Of a stretch of 64,000 nucleotides of DNA, positions 1 through 9,054 are shown one piece after another. Below the pieces are notes generated by a model. The model did no database searches. It saw only the letters and a program-made list of their open reading frames with translations, and was not told where the DNA came from. The translations under genes were made by a program, and so were the position numbers. How positions within the stretch are numbered: the stretch's first letter is position 1; every line of letters starts with the position of its first letter. This stretch comes from Candidatus Aenigmatarchaeota archaeon (GTDB lineage: Archaea > Aenigmatarchaeota > Aenigmatarchaeia > CG10238-14 > SCSR01). The DNA is taken from the NCBI GenBank assembly GCA_039000165.1, contig JAWBTW010000005.1, forward strand, positions 981 to 64,980, written 5' to 3'.

Positions 1-158
1 AAGGTTCAGAAGCTCATAAGGCTGCAGTTGTTGGCGATACTGTAGGAGATCCTTTCAAGGATACTGCTGGCCCCTCGCTAAACACAATGATAACAGTAAT
101 GTCCTTAGTTTCTTCTGTCTTTGCTCCTCTTATAGTTTCTTATGCCTTGGCTTTCTGA
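1..158 (+). CDS. hppA: Membrane-bound H+/Na+-translocating pyrophosphatase, C-terminal fragment (5' end outside window)
   Basis: Frame 3 reads ...[51 protein letters not shown]. The GDTVGDPxKDTxGPSLN motif is characteristic of V-type PPases. Stop TGA at 156-158. Confidence 0.75.
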   Translation, partial: GSEAHKAAVVGDTVGDPFKDTAGPSLNTMITVMSLVSSVFAPLIVSYALAF

Positions 159-682
159 AACTTTTTCTTGTAAAGGTTATTAGCATAAACAACAATCTCT
201 TTTGCTTCCTTTGAATTTTTCCATTCTTTAAATTTACAGAATTTATGAGGCTCAAGCCTTTTATAAGTCTCAAAAAACTCCTGAATTTCCTTCAGCTTGT
301 GAGGATGAACATCCTTTATATCCTTTATTCCATCAAATCTTGCATCATTCAAAGGAACACAAAGAATTTTTGGATCTTCACCTTTTTCATCTTCTATTAT
401 CAAAGCTCCTATAACTCTTGCTTTTACTATACAACCAACTTCTAAAGGCTCATAGCTTAAGACTAAAGCATCTAAAGGGTCTTCATCATTAAACCAAGTT
501 TGGGGAATAAAACCATATTCTACAGGAAATACAACAGAAGAAGGAATTATTCTATCAAGAACAAGCTCATCCCACTCTATATTATATTCATACTTGTCTC
601 TCGAACCGCTTATACATTCAATAACAACATTAACTATTTCTGGTGGCTTTTCGCCTAAGGGAATTTTATGCAAAATGCTCAT
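140..682 (-). CDS. ppa: Soluble inorganic pyrophosphatase (family I)
   Basis: 180 aa. Family I PPase pattern: [19 protein letters not shown]...[19 protein letters not shown]. Confidence 0.85.
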   Translation of the reverse strand: MSILHKIPLGEKPPEIVNVVIECISGSRDKYEYNIEWDELVLDRIIPSSVVFPVEYGFIPQTWFNDEDPLDALVLSYEPLEVGCIVKARVIGALIIEDEKGEDPKILCVPLNDARFDGIKDIKDVHPHKLKEIQEFFETYKRLEPHKFCKFKEWKNSKEAKEIVVYANNLYKKKFQKAKA

Positions 683-776
683 AGCTATTTAATTTCTTTT
701 TGATACTTTAAATTTTTTGCTTTAAAAGGCGAAGAAAGAGTCAAAAATTTTTAATAATAAAAAACAAAAAAATATT

Positions 777-2339
777 GTGAAAAATCTGAAAGTAGTTAAA
801 TTAATTTTCTTTTCTTTACTTTTTCTCTGTTTATCACTTACGAAAGTGCTTGCTGATGGGGTTTTATTCGTTAAGTCTTACGAAAGAGAGGAATGGTTAC
901 CTTCAGTTCAAACCCAACAAATCTCTGTAATAGATTTTAGTGACGAAAAAGAAAGTTTATTGATTTCTATCAAAGGAGATTTAAAAGGAGAAAAATTAGT
1001 CTGGTTATTTCCTATTCCTGCAGAGCCTCAGAGTGTTAAGATAGACGTGATTAAAAATTTTCCAACTTTTAGTGGTTATGAAGTAAAAAGTAGAGTAGGA
1101 TATGAAGTTGATAGAATCTTTCCAATTTTTACTTTCTCACAAGGTTATCCTATTTTTTATTATTTTTTTGGGGCTTTCAGTTTTGGGGGAGTAGCAAAAA
1201 CTGAAGGATTTGAAGAAGAAAGGGGTGTAGTAATCCATGAACACTTAGAAAAAGCTGGAATTTCGGTTGAGTTAGTAAGTGCAGAAGATAGTAGCAAATT
1301 CCTAAGTTATTTGAACGAGAAAGGCTTGGTCCTTCCAAACTCTTTGGTTGAAGAATATATAGGAAAGAAATATTCCTTTGTAGTGGGTTGGGTATCTGAT
1401 GTAGAAAAATATAAAATAGAAACAGAAGGAAGCTTATTAGGTCTTAAAATCGAATTCCCTACAAAGAAAATTTATTATCCATTGAAATTGACATCCTTGT
1501 ATGGAAATCAAAAAATACCTATCAGAATTTATGTTCTAGGTCATGTTTCGCCTGAAATTTTCGATAGTATAGCTAATTCAACTAAGGTTAGCTATTATAT
1601 AAATGATACAACACAAATCAAATACACAAAAATACAAATAAATTCAAATTCTAACTTGCTTACTCAAGACTTATGGATTGGCTCTTCCTCTCCTTTAGAA
1701 ATTTCATTTGCTGCTCTGATTTTGTTTAGCCCACCTCTTTTTATGGGAATAGTTTTTATATTATGTTCTATAATAGCAAGCATTGTTTCGGGTTTAATTG
1801 TTTTCAAAAGAAAATTATCTATCAAAACATTAACTCTCTTAGGAATAACCAATTTACTTACTATAATTGGAGTTTTTATATCTTCCTTAGTTCTCATCAA
1901 GAGAAAAGAGAAAAAAATATTGAAATCCTTAGGGATATTTATAATGCTTGGTGTTTTGTGTGTAATTTTGTATTTAACTTCAGCTTTTTTTACCCTGTCT
2001 ATAGCTTTTATTTTTGCTTTATTTGTTGGTCTAGTATTTCTGGGAGTAGTAGTTTATGTTATAATTACTGCCCCTGAAATTTTAGGATATACGATTTTAT
2101 TCAGCATAATCTTTATTATTCTCTTTTCTTCAGTATACGTATCATTAATAACTTTGTATCCATATAAGGTAAGTAGAAGTTTATGGTGGTGTGAAAGTAA
2201 AATAAGAGAATTTTGTACTATGTGGGCTATGGGAAGAGTTTCTGACCCGTCTTTCTGGGAAGACTTTGCACCCGAATGTAACTTTCCTGTGGATGAATCT
2301 GTTTGTATACAGTTTGGAATAGAAATTCCACATGCTTAA
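777..2339 (+). CDS. Hypothetical membrane protein: N-terminal signal peptide, large extracytoplasmic domain, polytopic C-terminal half
   Basis: 520 aa ORF. Hydrophobic N-terminus MKNLKVVKLIFFSLLFLCLSLT; several hydrophobic helices in residues about 300-480. Start codon uncertain. Confidence 0.45.
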   Translation: MKNLKVVKLIFFSLLFLCLSLTKVLADGVLFVKSYEREEWLPSVQTQQISVIDFSDEKESLLISIKGDLKGEKLVWLFPIPAEPQSVKIDVIKNFPTFSGYEVKSRVGYEVDRIFPIFTFSQGYPIFYYFFGAFSFGGVAKTEGFEEERGVVIHEHLEKAGISVELVSAEDSSKFLSYLNEKGLVLPNSLVEEYIGKKYSFVVGWVSDVEKYKIETEGSLLGLKIEFPTKKIYYPLKLTSLYGNQKIPIRIYVLGHVSPEIFDSIANSTKVSYYINDTTQIKYTKIQINSNSNLLTQDLWIGSSSPLEISFAALILFSPPLFMGIVFILCSIIASIVSGLIVFKRKLSIKTLTLLGITNLLTIIGVFISSLVLIKRKEKKILKSLGIFIMLGVLCVILYLTSAFFTLSIAFIFALFVGLVFLGVVVYVIITAPEILGYTILFSIIFIILFSSVYVSLITLYPYKVSRSLWWCESKIREFCTMWAMGRVSDPSFWEDFAPECNFPVDESVCIQFGIEIPHA

Positions 2340-3200
2340 TTAGTACTTAATAATTTGTTTAACTACACTATGTATTTCTTCTATAAGGTTACTTGCAGTC
2401 AAAGATTCAGAATATTTTTTTGCTGCAAGTTCGCCAGCCTTCCCATTCAAGTAAGCTGCAGCACAAGCCGAAGTAAAAACATCATTTCCTCTAGCCAAAT
2501 AAGCCCCTAAAATTCCTGCTAAGGTATCTCCTAGGCCACCTTTAGTTAAGGCTGGCGACCCAGTTTTATTCAAAGCAACTTCCCTTCCGTTTGAAATAAC
2601 ATCTACATGACCTTTTAAAAGAATAGTTGTCTTAAGCTTCGCTGCAGTTTCTTTCACAACTTTAATTCTTTGGTTTAAATCATTACCAACTTGGATTCCT
2701 GAAAGAACCAAAAGCTCGTGAACATGAGGAGTTAAAACAAAATTTTTGTTCTTCAAAACTTCTTTTTTTGTTGCTACTGCATGGATAGCATCAGCATCTA
2801 TTACTGCTGGAATATCTATTTTTTCTAAATACTCAACAACAGTTTCCAAGACTTCTTTTTCTCTTGTTAGTCCACCTCCAATAACAACAGCATTTTTGTT
2901 GTGGGTAAACTTTAACAACTCTTCCAAATGCTCTTTACAAAGATGGTCTCCTTTTAAAGGGTAGGCTATCAAGTCTGGAGCAAAAGAAGCTATTATGTTT
3001 GCTGCCCTTTCAGGAGCTAAGATAGTAACTAAATCGACACCTGCTCTTAAAGCTGCTAAAGCGTTGAAGGCTGGCGAGCCAGAATAATGTTTGCTCCCTC
3101 CTATTACTAGTAAGTGGCCAAAATTATACTTGTGACTCCAAGGTTCTCTCTTCTTGTAAATCTTTTTTAAAACACTTGCCTTTATTTCCAAGTAACCCAT
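2340..3200 (-). CDS. nnrD: ADP/ATP-dependent NAD(P)H-hydrate dehydratase (YjeF C-terminal / carbohydrate-kinase-like domain)
   Basis: 286 aa. GSPAFNALAALRAGVDLVTI, LTPHVHE, GGLGDTLAGILGAYLARG are typical Nnr/YjeF_C motifs. Confidence 0.75.
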   Translation of the reverse strand: MGYLEIKASVLKKIYKKREPWSHKYNFGHLLVIGGSKHYSGSPAFNALAALRAGVDLVTILAPERAANIIASFAPDLIAYPLKGDHLCKEHLEELLKFTHNKNAVVIGGGLTREKEVLETVVEYLEKIDIPAVIDADAIHAVATKKEVLKNKNFVLTPHVHELLVLSGIQVGNDLNQRIKVVKETAAKLKTTILLKGHVDVISNGREVALNKTGSPALTKGGLGDTLAGILGAYLARGNDVFTSACAAAYLNGKAGELAAKKYSESLTASNLIEEIHSVVKQIIKY

Positions 3201-3245
3201 AAAAATTATTATTAAATCAGAACTAATTAATTTTTAAGATAAACT

Positions 3246-4046
3246 ATGATTAAAACTCCTAAGGATGTTGCTGAAGAAGCAGTAGAAGTTTTCGCATCGA
3301 AAGCTACTCAAAGCGCTAAAAAAATTTTTATTCTTTCCTTTCTTGCAGGAGTTTTTATTGCTTTTGGTGCCGAGCTTTCAACCATAGTTTCCTTTGACTT
3401 AAGAAATTTTAGCCTAGGTTTTTCAAGATTTTTGGCAGGAAGTGTTTTCTCTTTTGGTTTAATGCTTGTTGTTCTTACAGGTGCAGAGCTTTTTACCGGA
3501 AACTGCTTGATGGTAATTCCTTTGCTTAAGGGAGAAATAACTAAAAAACAATTTTTGAAAAGCTGGGCAATAGTATACTTGGGAAATTTTTTGGGCTCCT
3601 TATTCTTTTCTTTCCTAATCTTCTTTTCAGGAATATATAATAATGCTATAGCAAGTTATGCAGTAGAGATTGCTGCTAATAAAACAAACCTAAGCTTTTT
3701 AGAAGCCTTTTTAAGAGGGGTAGCTTGCAACTGGCTTGTAGCGTTAGCGGTATGGCTTGCTTTAACAGGAAGCAATATGCTGGAAAAAATGGTTGGAATT
3801 TACTTTCCAATAATGGCTTTTGTTGCTTCTGGTTTTGAGCATAGCATAGCAAACATGTTTTTCATTCCCTTAGGAATTTTGCTTAAGGATTCTGTTTCAG
3901 TTCCGATAGATATAGCAAACCTTACACTTGAGGGTTTTTTCCTGAGAAATTTAATTCCAGTAACACTTGGCAATATTGTAGGTGGAGCAATTTTTGTCGG
4001 CTTGATTTACTGGTACATTTATCTTAAGGAAGAGATAATTTTATAG
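3246..4046 (+). CDS. Formate/nitrite transporter family (FNT) channel
   Basis: 266 aa polytopic protein. FNT signatures: LTGAELFTGNCLMV, GVACNWLVALAVWLA, FEHSIANMFFIPLGIL. Confidence 0.8.
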   Translation: MIKTPKDVAEEAVEVFASKATQSAKKIFILSFLAGVFIAFGAELSTIVSFDLRNFSLGFSRFLAGSVFSFGLMLVVLTGAELFTGNCLMVIPLLKGEITKKQFLKSWAIVYLGNFLGSLFFSFLIFFSGIYNNAIASYAVEIAANKTNLSFLEAFLRGVACNWLVALAVWLALTGSNMLEKMVGIYFPIMAFVASGFEHSIANMFFIPLGILLKDSVSVPIDIANLTLEGFFLRNLIPVTLGNIVGGAIFVGLIYWYIYLKEEIIL

Positions 4047-4062
4047 TATAAGGGGTGATGAG

Positions 4063-5100
4063 TTGACGATAAAGGTTGCTGTTAATGGAATAGGAACAAT
4101 AGGAAAAAGAGTTGCCCATGCCATAAAATTGCAGGATGATATGAAGCTTGTAGCTATAGCAGATGTAGCAGCAACTTCTTGGCTAAGAACAGTCCTAGAG
4201 CCAGAAGGTCCTTTGTACAAAACTGACTTGTATGCTTCGAATAAAGAAGGTTTAGAAGCTATGAGAAATGCAGGAATGTTCGTTAACGGCTTACTAGAGG
4301 ATTTACTAGCTTCAAAGAAAGTTGATGTTGTTGTTGATTGTACGCCTGCAGGAATAGGCGCAAAAAACAAGCCTTTATACGAAAAGTATGGAGTAAAAGT
4401 GGTTTACCAGGGAGGAGAGGAAGCTAATGTGGCTCAAGTTAGCTTTGTTGCTATAGCAAATTATGAAAAAGCTTTAAACGCTAACTCAGTAAGAGTTGTT
4501 AGCTGTAACACAACTTCCTTAGCAAGGACACTTTACGCTCTAGACAAAGAGTTTGGTGTAGAAGAAGTTTTAGCAGTTTTGGTAAGAAGAGCTACAGACC
4601 CTTGGGATGAAAAACCAGGACCAATAAATGCTGTAGTACCAGAAGTTCACATTCCATCGCATCAAGGTCCTGACTTACAAACGGTAATGCCCCATATAAA
4701 TATAACCACAATGGCATGCAAAGTTCCTTCCACCTTAGCTCACACGCACTTTGTTAGCGGGACTCTCAAAAGAAAAGCTTCTGTAGATGAAATAAAAAAT
4801 GCCCTAGAGAAAGCAGGAAGAATAGTTCTTCTAAAAGCTTCTCATGGTTATACAGCAACCTCAAGAATTATCGAAAGATATAGAGACTTGTGTAGACCAA
4901 GATACGATATGTACGAAGTAGCTATTTGGGACGAATCAATAACAGTAAAAGATAAGAAATTCTACTGGATTCATGCAGTTCATTCAGAAGCTATAGTAAT
5001 TCCAGAGAACATAGATGCAATAAGAGCAATAACAGGTATAGAGAAAGATAAGTTCAAGAGCATAGAAAAAACAAACAAATCGCTTGGGATCAAGTGTTAA
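4063..5100 (+). CDS. gap: Glyceraldehyde-3-phosphate dehydrogenase, archaeal type II (phosphorylating)
   Basis: 345 aa, TTG start. MTIKVAVNGIGTIGKRVAHAI ... VVSCNTTSLARTL is typical of archaeal GAPDH. Confidence 0.9.
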   Translation: MTIKVAVNGIGTIGKRVAHAIKLQDDMKLVAIADVAATSWLRTVLEPEGPLYKTDLYASNKEGLEAMRNAGMFVNGLLEDLLASKKVDVVVDCTPAGIGAKNKPLYEKYGVKVVYQGGEEANVAQVSFVAIANYEKALNANSVRVVSCNTTSLARTLYALDKEFGVEEVLAVLVRRATDPWDEKPGPINAVVPEVHIPSHQGPDLQTVMPHINITTMACKVPSTLAHTHFVSGTLKRKASVDEIKNALEKAGRIVLLKASHGYTATSRIIERYRDLCRPRYDMYEVAIWDESITVKDKKFYWIHAVHSEAIVIPENIDAIRAITGIEKDKFKSIEKTNKSLGIKC

Positions 5101-5102
5101 GA

Positions 5103-6347
5103 ATGGAATTTTTAACTTTAGATGAGGCTAAAGTAGCCAACAAAACAGTTTTGTTAAGAGTAGACATTAACGTTCCTTATGACTTGGAGAAAAAACAAAT
5201 AGAAGATTCAGAAAGAATAAGGGAGCATGCAAAAACTATTAGAGAGCTTTCTGATAAAAAAGCAAAAGTAGTTATTCTTGCGCATCAAGGAAGAAAAGGG
5301 GACCCAGACTTTATTCATTTGAATCAACACGCAAAGCTTTTATCAAAGTATGTAGGAAAGGAAGTTCAGTTTGTCGACGATATAATAGGAGAAAAAGCAG
5401 TAAAAAGAATAAAATCTCTTAAGCCAGGAGAAGTTTTGCTTTTGGATAACGTTAGGTTTTTAGACGAAGAAACCGAAGAAAAGAGCCCAAAAGAACATGC
5501 AAAAAGCAATTTGGTAAAAAAGCTTTCTAGGCTTGCAGACATTTTTGTTAACGACGCTTTTTCTGCTTCTCATAGAAGCCACGCTTCCATAGTTGGTTTT
5601 ACAGAAGTTTTGCCAAGCTATGCAGGCAGAGTAATGGAAAAAGAGCTTAAATCAGAAGAAAGAGCTTTAGACCCTTTAGGAACAAACGTTTTTGTTCTTG
5701 GAGGAGCAAAACCTGATGATTGCTTGAATATAATAGATTACATGTTTAAAAACAAACCTGGCTCAATAGAAAAAGTTTTGACTTGTGGCACAGTAGGAGA
5801 AATATTCCTTGCAGCAAAAGGTTATGATTTAGGTAAGGAAACAAAAGAGTTTTTTGCAAAAAAAGGTTTTGATAAGCTCATAGAACAAGCGAAAGGTTTG
5901 CTCCAAAATTACGAGCTTGAAATAGAGTTGCCTGTAGATGTTGCTTTCGAAGAAAATGGAACAAGAAAAGAAATTCGAGTAGAAAATTTGCCTGTTGAAA
6001 AACTTTTGCAAGATATAGGTAGTGAAACAGCTAAGAAATACTCCGAGATAATAAAAAAGGCAAGAACTGTTGTGGTTAAAGGGCCTGCAGGAGTTTATGA
6101 GAAGCAAGGATTTGAGGTTGGCACAAAGCTTATCCTCGAAGCTATAGCAAACTCAAAAGCATTTTCTTTAATTGGTGGAGGAGATACCCTAGTTGCCATA
6201 GAAAAATTGGGAATAGATAAAAACAAATTCTCTTACATAAGCCTAGGTGGAGGAGCTCTAATAACTTCCCTTTCAGGAAAAGGAATGCCAGGGGTCGAAG
6301 CTTTAATTAAAGCAGCTAAAAAAGTTAAAAAGAAAAAGAGGAAGTAA
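5103..6347 (+). CDS. pgk: Phosphoglycerate kinase
   Basis: MEFLTLDEAKVANKTVLLRVDINVPYD... and ILAHQGRKGD are PGK N-domain motifs. ATG at 5103 sits right after the gap stop; an in-frame GTG at 5094 is an alternative start. Confidence 0.9.
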   Translation: MEFLTLDEAKVANKTVLLRVDINVPYDLEKKQIEDSERIREHAKTIRELSDKKAKVVILAHQGRKGDPDFIHLNQHAKLLSKYVGKEVQFVDDIIGEKAVKRIKSLKPGEVLLLDNVRFLDEETEEKSPKEHAKSNLVKKLSRLADIFVNDAFSASHRSHASIVGFTEVLPSYAGRVMEKELKSEERALDPLGTNVFVLGGAKPDDCLNIIDYMFKNKPGSIEKVLTCGTVGEIFLAAKGYDLGKETKEFFAKKGFDKLIEQAKGLLQNYELEIELPVDVAFEENGTRKEIRVENLPVEKLLQDIGSETAKKYSEIIKKARTVVVKGPAGVYEKQGFEVGTKLILEAIANSKAFSLIGGGDTLVAIEKLGIDKNKFSYISLGGGALITSLSGKGMPGVEALIKAAKKVKKKKRK

Positions 6348-6362
6348 TTTTTTTTAATTTTC
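6348..6362 (+). terminator. Putative archaeal oligo-T terminator after pgk
   Basis: TTTTTTTTAATTTT immediately after the pgk stop codon; archaeal terminators are typically T-tracts. Confidence 0.25.
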
Positions 6363-6388
6363 CAGCTATCATTTTAAGTAGTGATTGA

Positions 6389-6667
6389 ATGAAGAAAGTA
6401 AGAATTCATGTTTTTATTTCTGGCTTAGTTCAAGGTGTAAACTTTAGATACAACACAAAAAAATTTGCAGAAGGTTTGGGAATTACAGGTTGGGTAAGGA
6501 ACTTAAAAGACGGAAGAGTAGAAGTTGTGGCAGAAGGAAGTGAAGTAAGAATAAAGCATTTCTTAGATTTTCTTAAAAAAGGACCACCAGGCTCAAAAGT
6601 TGTAAACGTTGAAGTAATAGAAGAAGAATATAAAGGTGAATTTAAGTTTTTTGACATTCTTTACTAA
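6389..6667 (+). CDS. acyP: Acylphosphatase
   Basis: 92 aa. VQGVNFRYNTKKFAEGLGITGWVRNLKDGRVEVVAEG matches the acylphosphatase fold signature. Confidence 0.8.
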   Translation: MKKVRIHVFISGLVQGVNFRYNTKKFAEGLGITGWVRNLKDGRVEVVAEGSEVRIKHFLDFLKKGPPGSKVVNVEVIEEEYKGEFKFFDILY

Positions 6668-6960
6668 ATTTTCTTAAGAAGTTCCAGCATTATCTTGTTT
6701 CTTAGTTCAGAATCTTTCAAAACTTCTTCTATAAGCTTTTCCTTGAAATTTTTTAGGTCAAGGGAAGAAAATATAAGCTCTGCTATTTTCTTACTTACTT
6801 CTTCATTATTTTTTGCTGTTTCTATGAAAGAGCTTAAGGCTTTCTCTGTTATATCGGTTTTAACTTCCTGTTTAACTTCTTCTTTTTTCTCAGAATCCTC
6901 AAAAACAATCTTTACTTTTGCTGGAACTTCTTCTTTTTTTGGAATCTTTATTTCTGGCAT
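6664..6960 (-). CDS. Hypothetical K/E-rich small protein
   Basis: 98 aa ORF, low complexity and rich in charged residues. No recognisable family. Confidence 0.3.
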   Translation of the reverse strand: MPEIKIPKKEEVPAKVKIVFEDSEKKEEVKQEVKTDITEKALSSFIETAKNNEEVSKKIAELIFSSLDLKNFKEKLIEEVLKDSELRNKIMLELLKKI

Positions 6961-7013
6961 AACAAAAAAATAAAACCTTAAACTTTAAATCCTTAACTCT
7001 TTTCTTCTAAGTT

Positions 7014-7187
7014 ATGGAAGATTTAAAGCCATTTATAGAAGAGTTGATTTTTAAAATAAAAAGTGATGAGGAATTTTTCAGGGAGTTTATTAGCTTTCTC
7101 AAAAGGTTTGGAAAGAGAGAAATATTATTAAGGATGGTAAAGAAAATTCTTTTAGATTCTTGTAAAAATTTAAAATTTAGCGAATAG
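7014..7187 (+). CDS. Hypothetical small protein (57 aa)
   Basis: ATG-TAG ORF MEDLKPFIEELIFKIKSDEEFFREFISFLKRFGKREILLRMVKKILLDSC..., not in the ORF track (below the 60 aa cut-off). Convergent with tpiA and overlaps its end by 11 nt. May be spurious. Confidence 0.15.
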   Translation: MEDLKPFIEELIFKIKSDEEFFREFISFLKRFGKREILLRMVKKILLDSCKNLKFSE

Positions 7188-7845
7188 CTTTTGCAAAATC
7201 CTCTAGAACTCTTTTTGGATTTCTAGCTTTTACTACTCCAGAAGCAACAAGAACTCCTTTTGTTCCTAAGTCTAAAGCTTTTTTAACGTCTTCTCCGTTA
7301 GTTATTCCTGCTCCGCACAAAACTTTTATTTCTGGTTCAATTTTGTAGATCTCTTCGACAAATTCTTTAACACTATCAGGCTTTACTTTTGATATAGCCT
7401 TTCCACTTCCGATTAAAATTGGATCCTCGTAAGCTATAAAATTCGGCTTAAATTTTGCGATTTCCTTTCCTTTTTCCAGACTATCGGCGCAAACTACTGA
7501 AATAAGCTTGTACTTCCTAAGCAATTCCACACATTTTCCTATTTCTTCTAATCCAATCTTTTTTTCTGAATGGTTTATCAAGCTTCCTTTTACTCCTATT
7601 TCTTTTAGAGCCAAGGGAGAAATATGCCCAGTAAAAGCTCCATACTCTATTGCGTCAACATGCTGAGCAAAAACCGGTATTTCAACTTTTCTTGCAAGAT
7701 AAAGGTCGGTAAATTGTGGAGCAATAGCTATGTTAATTCCATAGTTTCTTGCAACTTTCTCGCAAATTTTTGCTAGCTTCAAAGCTTTTTCTCCTGTAGC
7801 TTCTCTGTAGCATTTAAAGTTAACAAGTATTAAAGGAAGTTTCAT
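7177..7845 (-). CDS. tpiA: Triosephosphate isomerase (archaeal short form)
   Basis: 222 aa. MKLPLILVNFKCY...NIAIAPQFTDL...GAFTGHISPLALKEIGVKGSLINHSE is the archaeal TIM pattern. Confidence 0.9.
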   Translation of the reverse strand: MKLPLILVNFKCYREATGEKALKLAKICEKVARNYGINIAIAPQFTDLYLARKVEIPVFAQHVDAIEYGAFTGHISPLALKEIGVKGSLINHSEKKIGLEEIGKCVELLRKYKLISVVCADSLEKGKEIAKFKPNFIAYEDPILIGSGKAISKVKPDSVKEFVEEIYKIEPEIKVLCGAGITNGEDVKKALDLGTKGVLVASGVVKARNPKRVLEDFAKAIR

Positions 7846-7928
7846 TCTCTCAAATAATATTGAGGAGTTCTAAAATAAATTTTCTACCAAACGAGAAATA
7901 CTTAAGAATAGAAGTTTAAATAAAAAGT
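7846..7928. promoter_or_regulatory. Divergent intergenic region between tpiA (-) and fbp (+), AT-rich with TATA-like boxes
   Basis: 83-nt AT-rich spacer between divergently transcribed tpiA and fbp, containing TTTAAATA and TAAAATAAAT. Exact BRE/TATA positions not resolved. Confidence 0.2.
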
Positions 7929-9050
7929 ATGAAAGATAGAATGACTATTTCACTTATAAAAGGTGATGTAGGTAGTGTATGTGGGCATCATACAGTTCAT
8001 CCAAAACAATTAGAGCTTGCAAAAGAATTGCTAGAAAAAGCGAAGAAAAAAGGAAAGATTATCGACTACTATGTTTTTAACTGTGGTGACGATTTGGAGT
8101 TACTTATGACTCATGAGAAAGGGGAAAATTCGCCAGAAATTCACGGATTAGCTTGGGAGATTCTGACAGAAGTTACAGAAAAAGTTTCAAATAAACTTCA
8201 TCTTTATGCTGCAGGGCAGGATATTCTCAAAGGAAAAGAAGTTTTTTCAGGAAATGTAAAAGGATTAGGCCCAGTAGCAGTAGAGCTTGAAATAGGTAAA
8301 GAAAGACCTTCTGAGCCATTTATAGTTCTTGCAGCAGACAAAGCTGAAGCAGGGGTATTTAATTACTACTTTTTTAATGTATTTGCTAATCCTTTAAACA
8401 CAGCAGGTCTTGTAATAGATCCAGAAATGCACGAAGGTTTTACTTTTAAAGTAGTTGATGTCATAGAGGGTAAATCGATTGAACTTTCTTGCCCTAATGA
8501 AATGTATGACTTATTAGCATTAATTGGAACTACAGGAAGATACCTTGTAGAAAGAGTTTGGAGGACAAAAGATAAATTATTAGCAGCAGTGGCAGGTATA
8601 AGTAGGTTAAGCCTCATAGCAGGAGTTTACAAAGGTAAGGATGACAATGCAGCAATAGTAAGATTACAGCTTGGATTACCTGCATTAGGAGAGGCTTTAG
8701 CACCATTTGCTATTCCTTACCTTACAAAAGGATGGATGCGAGGAAGCCATGTAGGTCCTCTAATGCCTTCTTCGCTTAGAGCATCAACACCTACTTACTT
8801 TGATGGTCCACCAAGAATAGTTTGTCTAGGTTTTAATTTATGTGAAGGTAAGCTTGTAGGGTTGAATGGAAACGAGCCTACAGATATATTTGCTGATACT
8901 TTCTTCGATGAGGTTAGAAGGAAAGCAAGCGAAATTGCGATTTATTTAAGACAGCACGGGGAGTTTGAACCAGAAAGGCTTGGAATGGAGGAGTTAGAAT
9001 ACACAGGAATAATGAAGACTTTAGAAAAACTCAAAGAGAGGTTCAAGTAA
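7929..9050 (+). CDS. fbp: Bifunctional fructose-1,6-bisphosphate aldolase/phosphatase (class V FBPase)
   Basis: 373 aa. M(KDR)MTISLIKGDVGSVCGHHTVHP is the hallmark N-terminus of archaeal FBP aldolase/phosphatase. The start may be the second Met at 7941. Confidence 0.9.
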   Translation: MKDRMTISLIKGDVGSVCGHHTVHPKQLELAKELLEKAKKKGKIIDYYVFNCGDDLELLMTHEKGENSPEIHGLAWEILTEVTEKVSNKLHLYAAGQDILKGKEVFSGNVKGLGPVAVELEIGKERPSEPFIVLAADKAEAGVFNYYFFNVFANPLNTAGLVIDPEMHEGFTFKVVDVIEGKSIELSCPNEMYDLLALIGTTGRYLVERVWRTKDKLLAAVAGISRLSLIAGVYKGKDDNAAIVRLQLGLPALGEALAPFAIPYLTKGWMRGSHVGPLMPSSLRASTPTYFDGPPRIVCLGFNLCEGKLVGLNGNEPTDIFADTFFDEVRRKASEIAIYLRQHGEFEPERLGMEELEYTGIMKTLEKLKERFK

Positions 9051-9054
9051 TTTT

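Noticed and set aside
245-445. Internal antisense or out-of-frame ORFs from the six-frame track (e.g. 245-445, 1664-1900, 1763-2077, 2746-2964, 4041-4370, 5829-6107, 6430-6657, 6695-6973, 8366-8617, 9130-9357, 10210-10425)
   Set aside because: All lie entirely inside longer ORFs with strong family-level identity on the other strand or frame. They have low-complexity or hydrophobic composition typical of shadow ORFs in AT-rich DNA.
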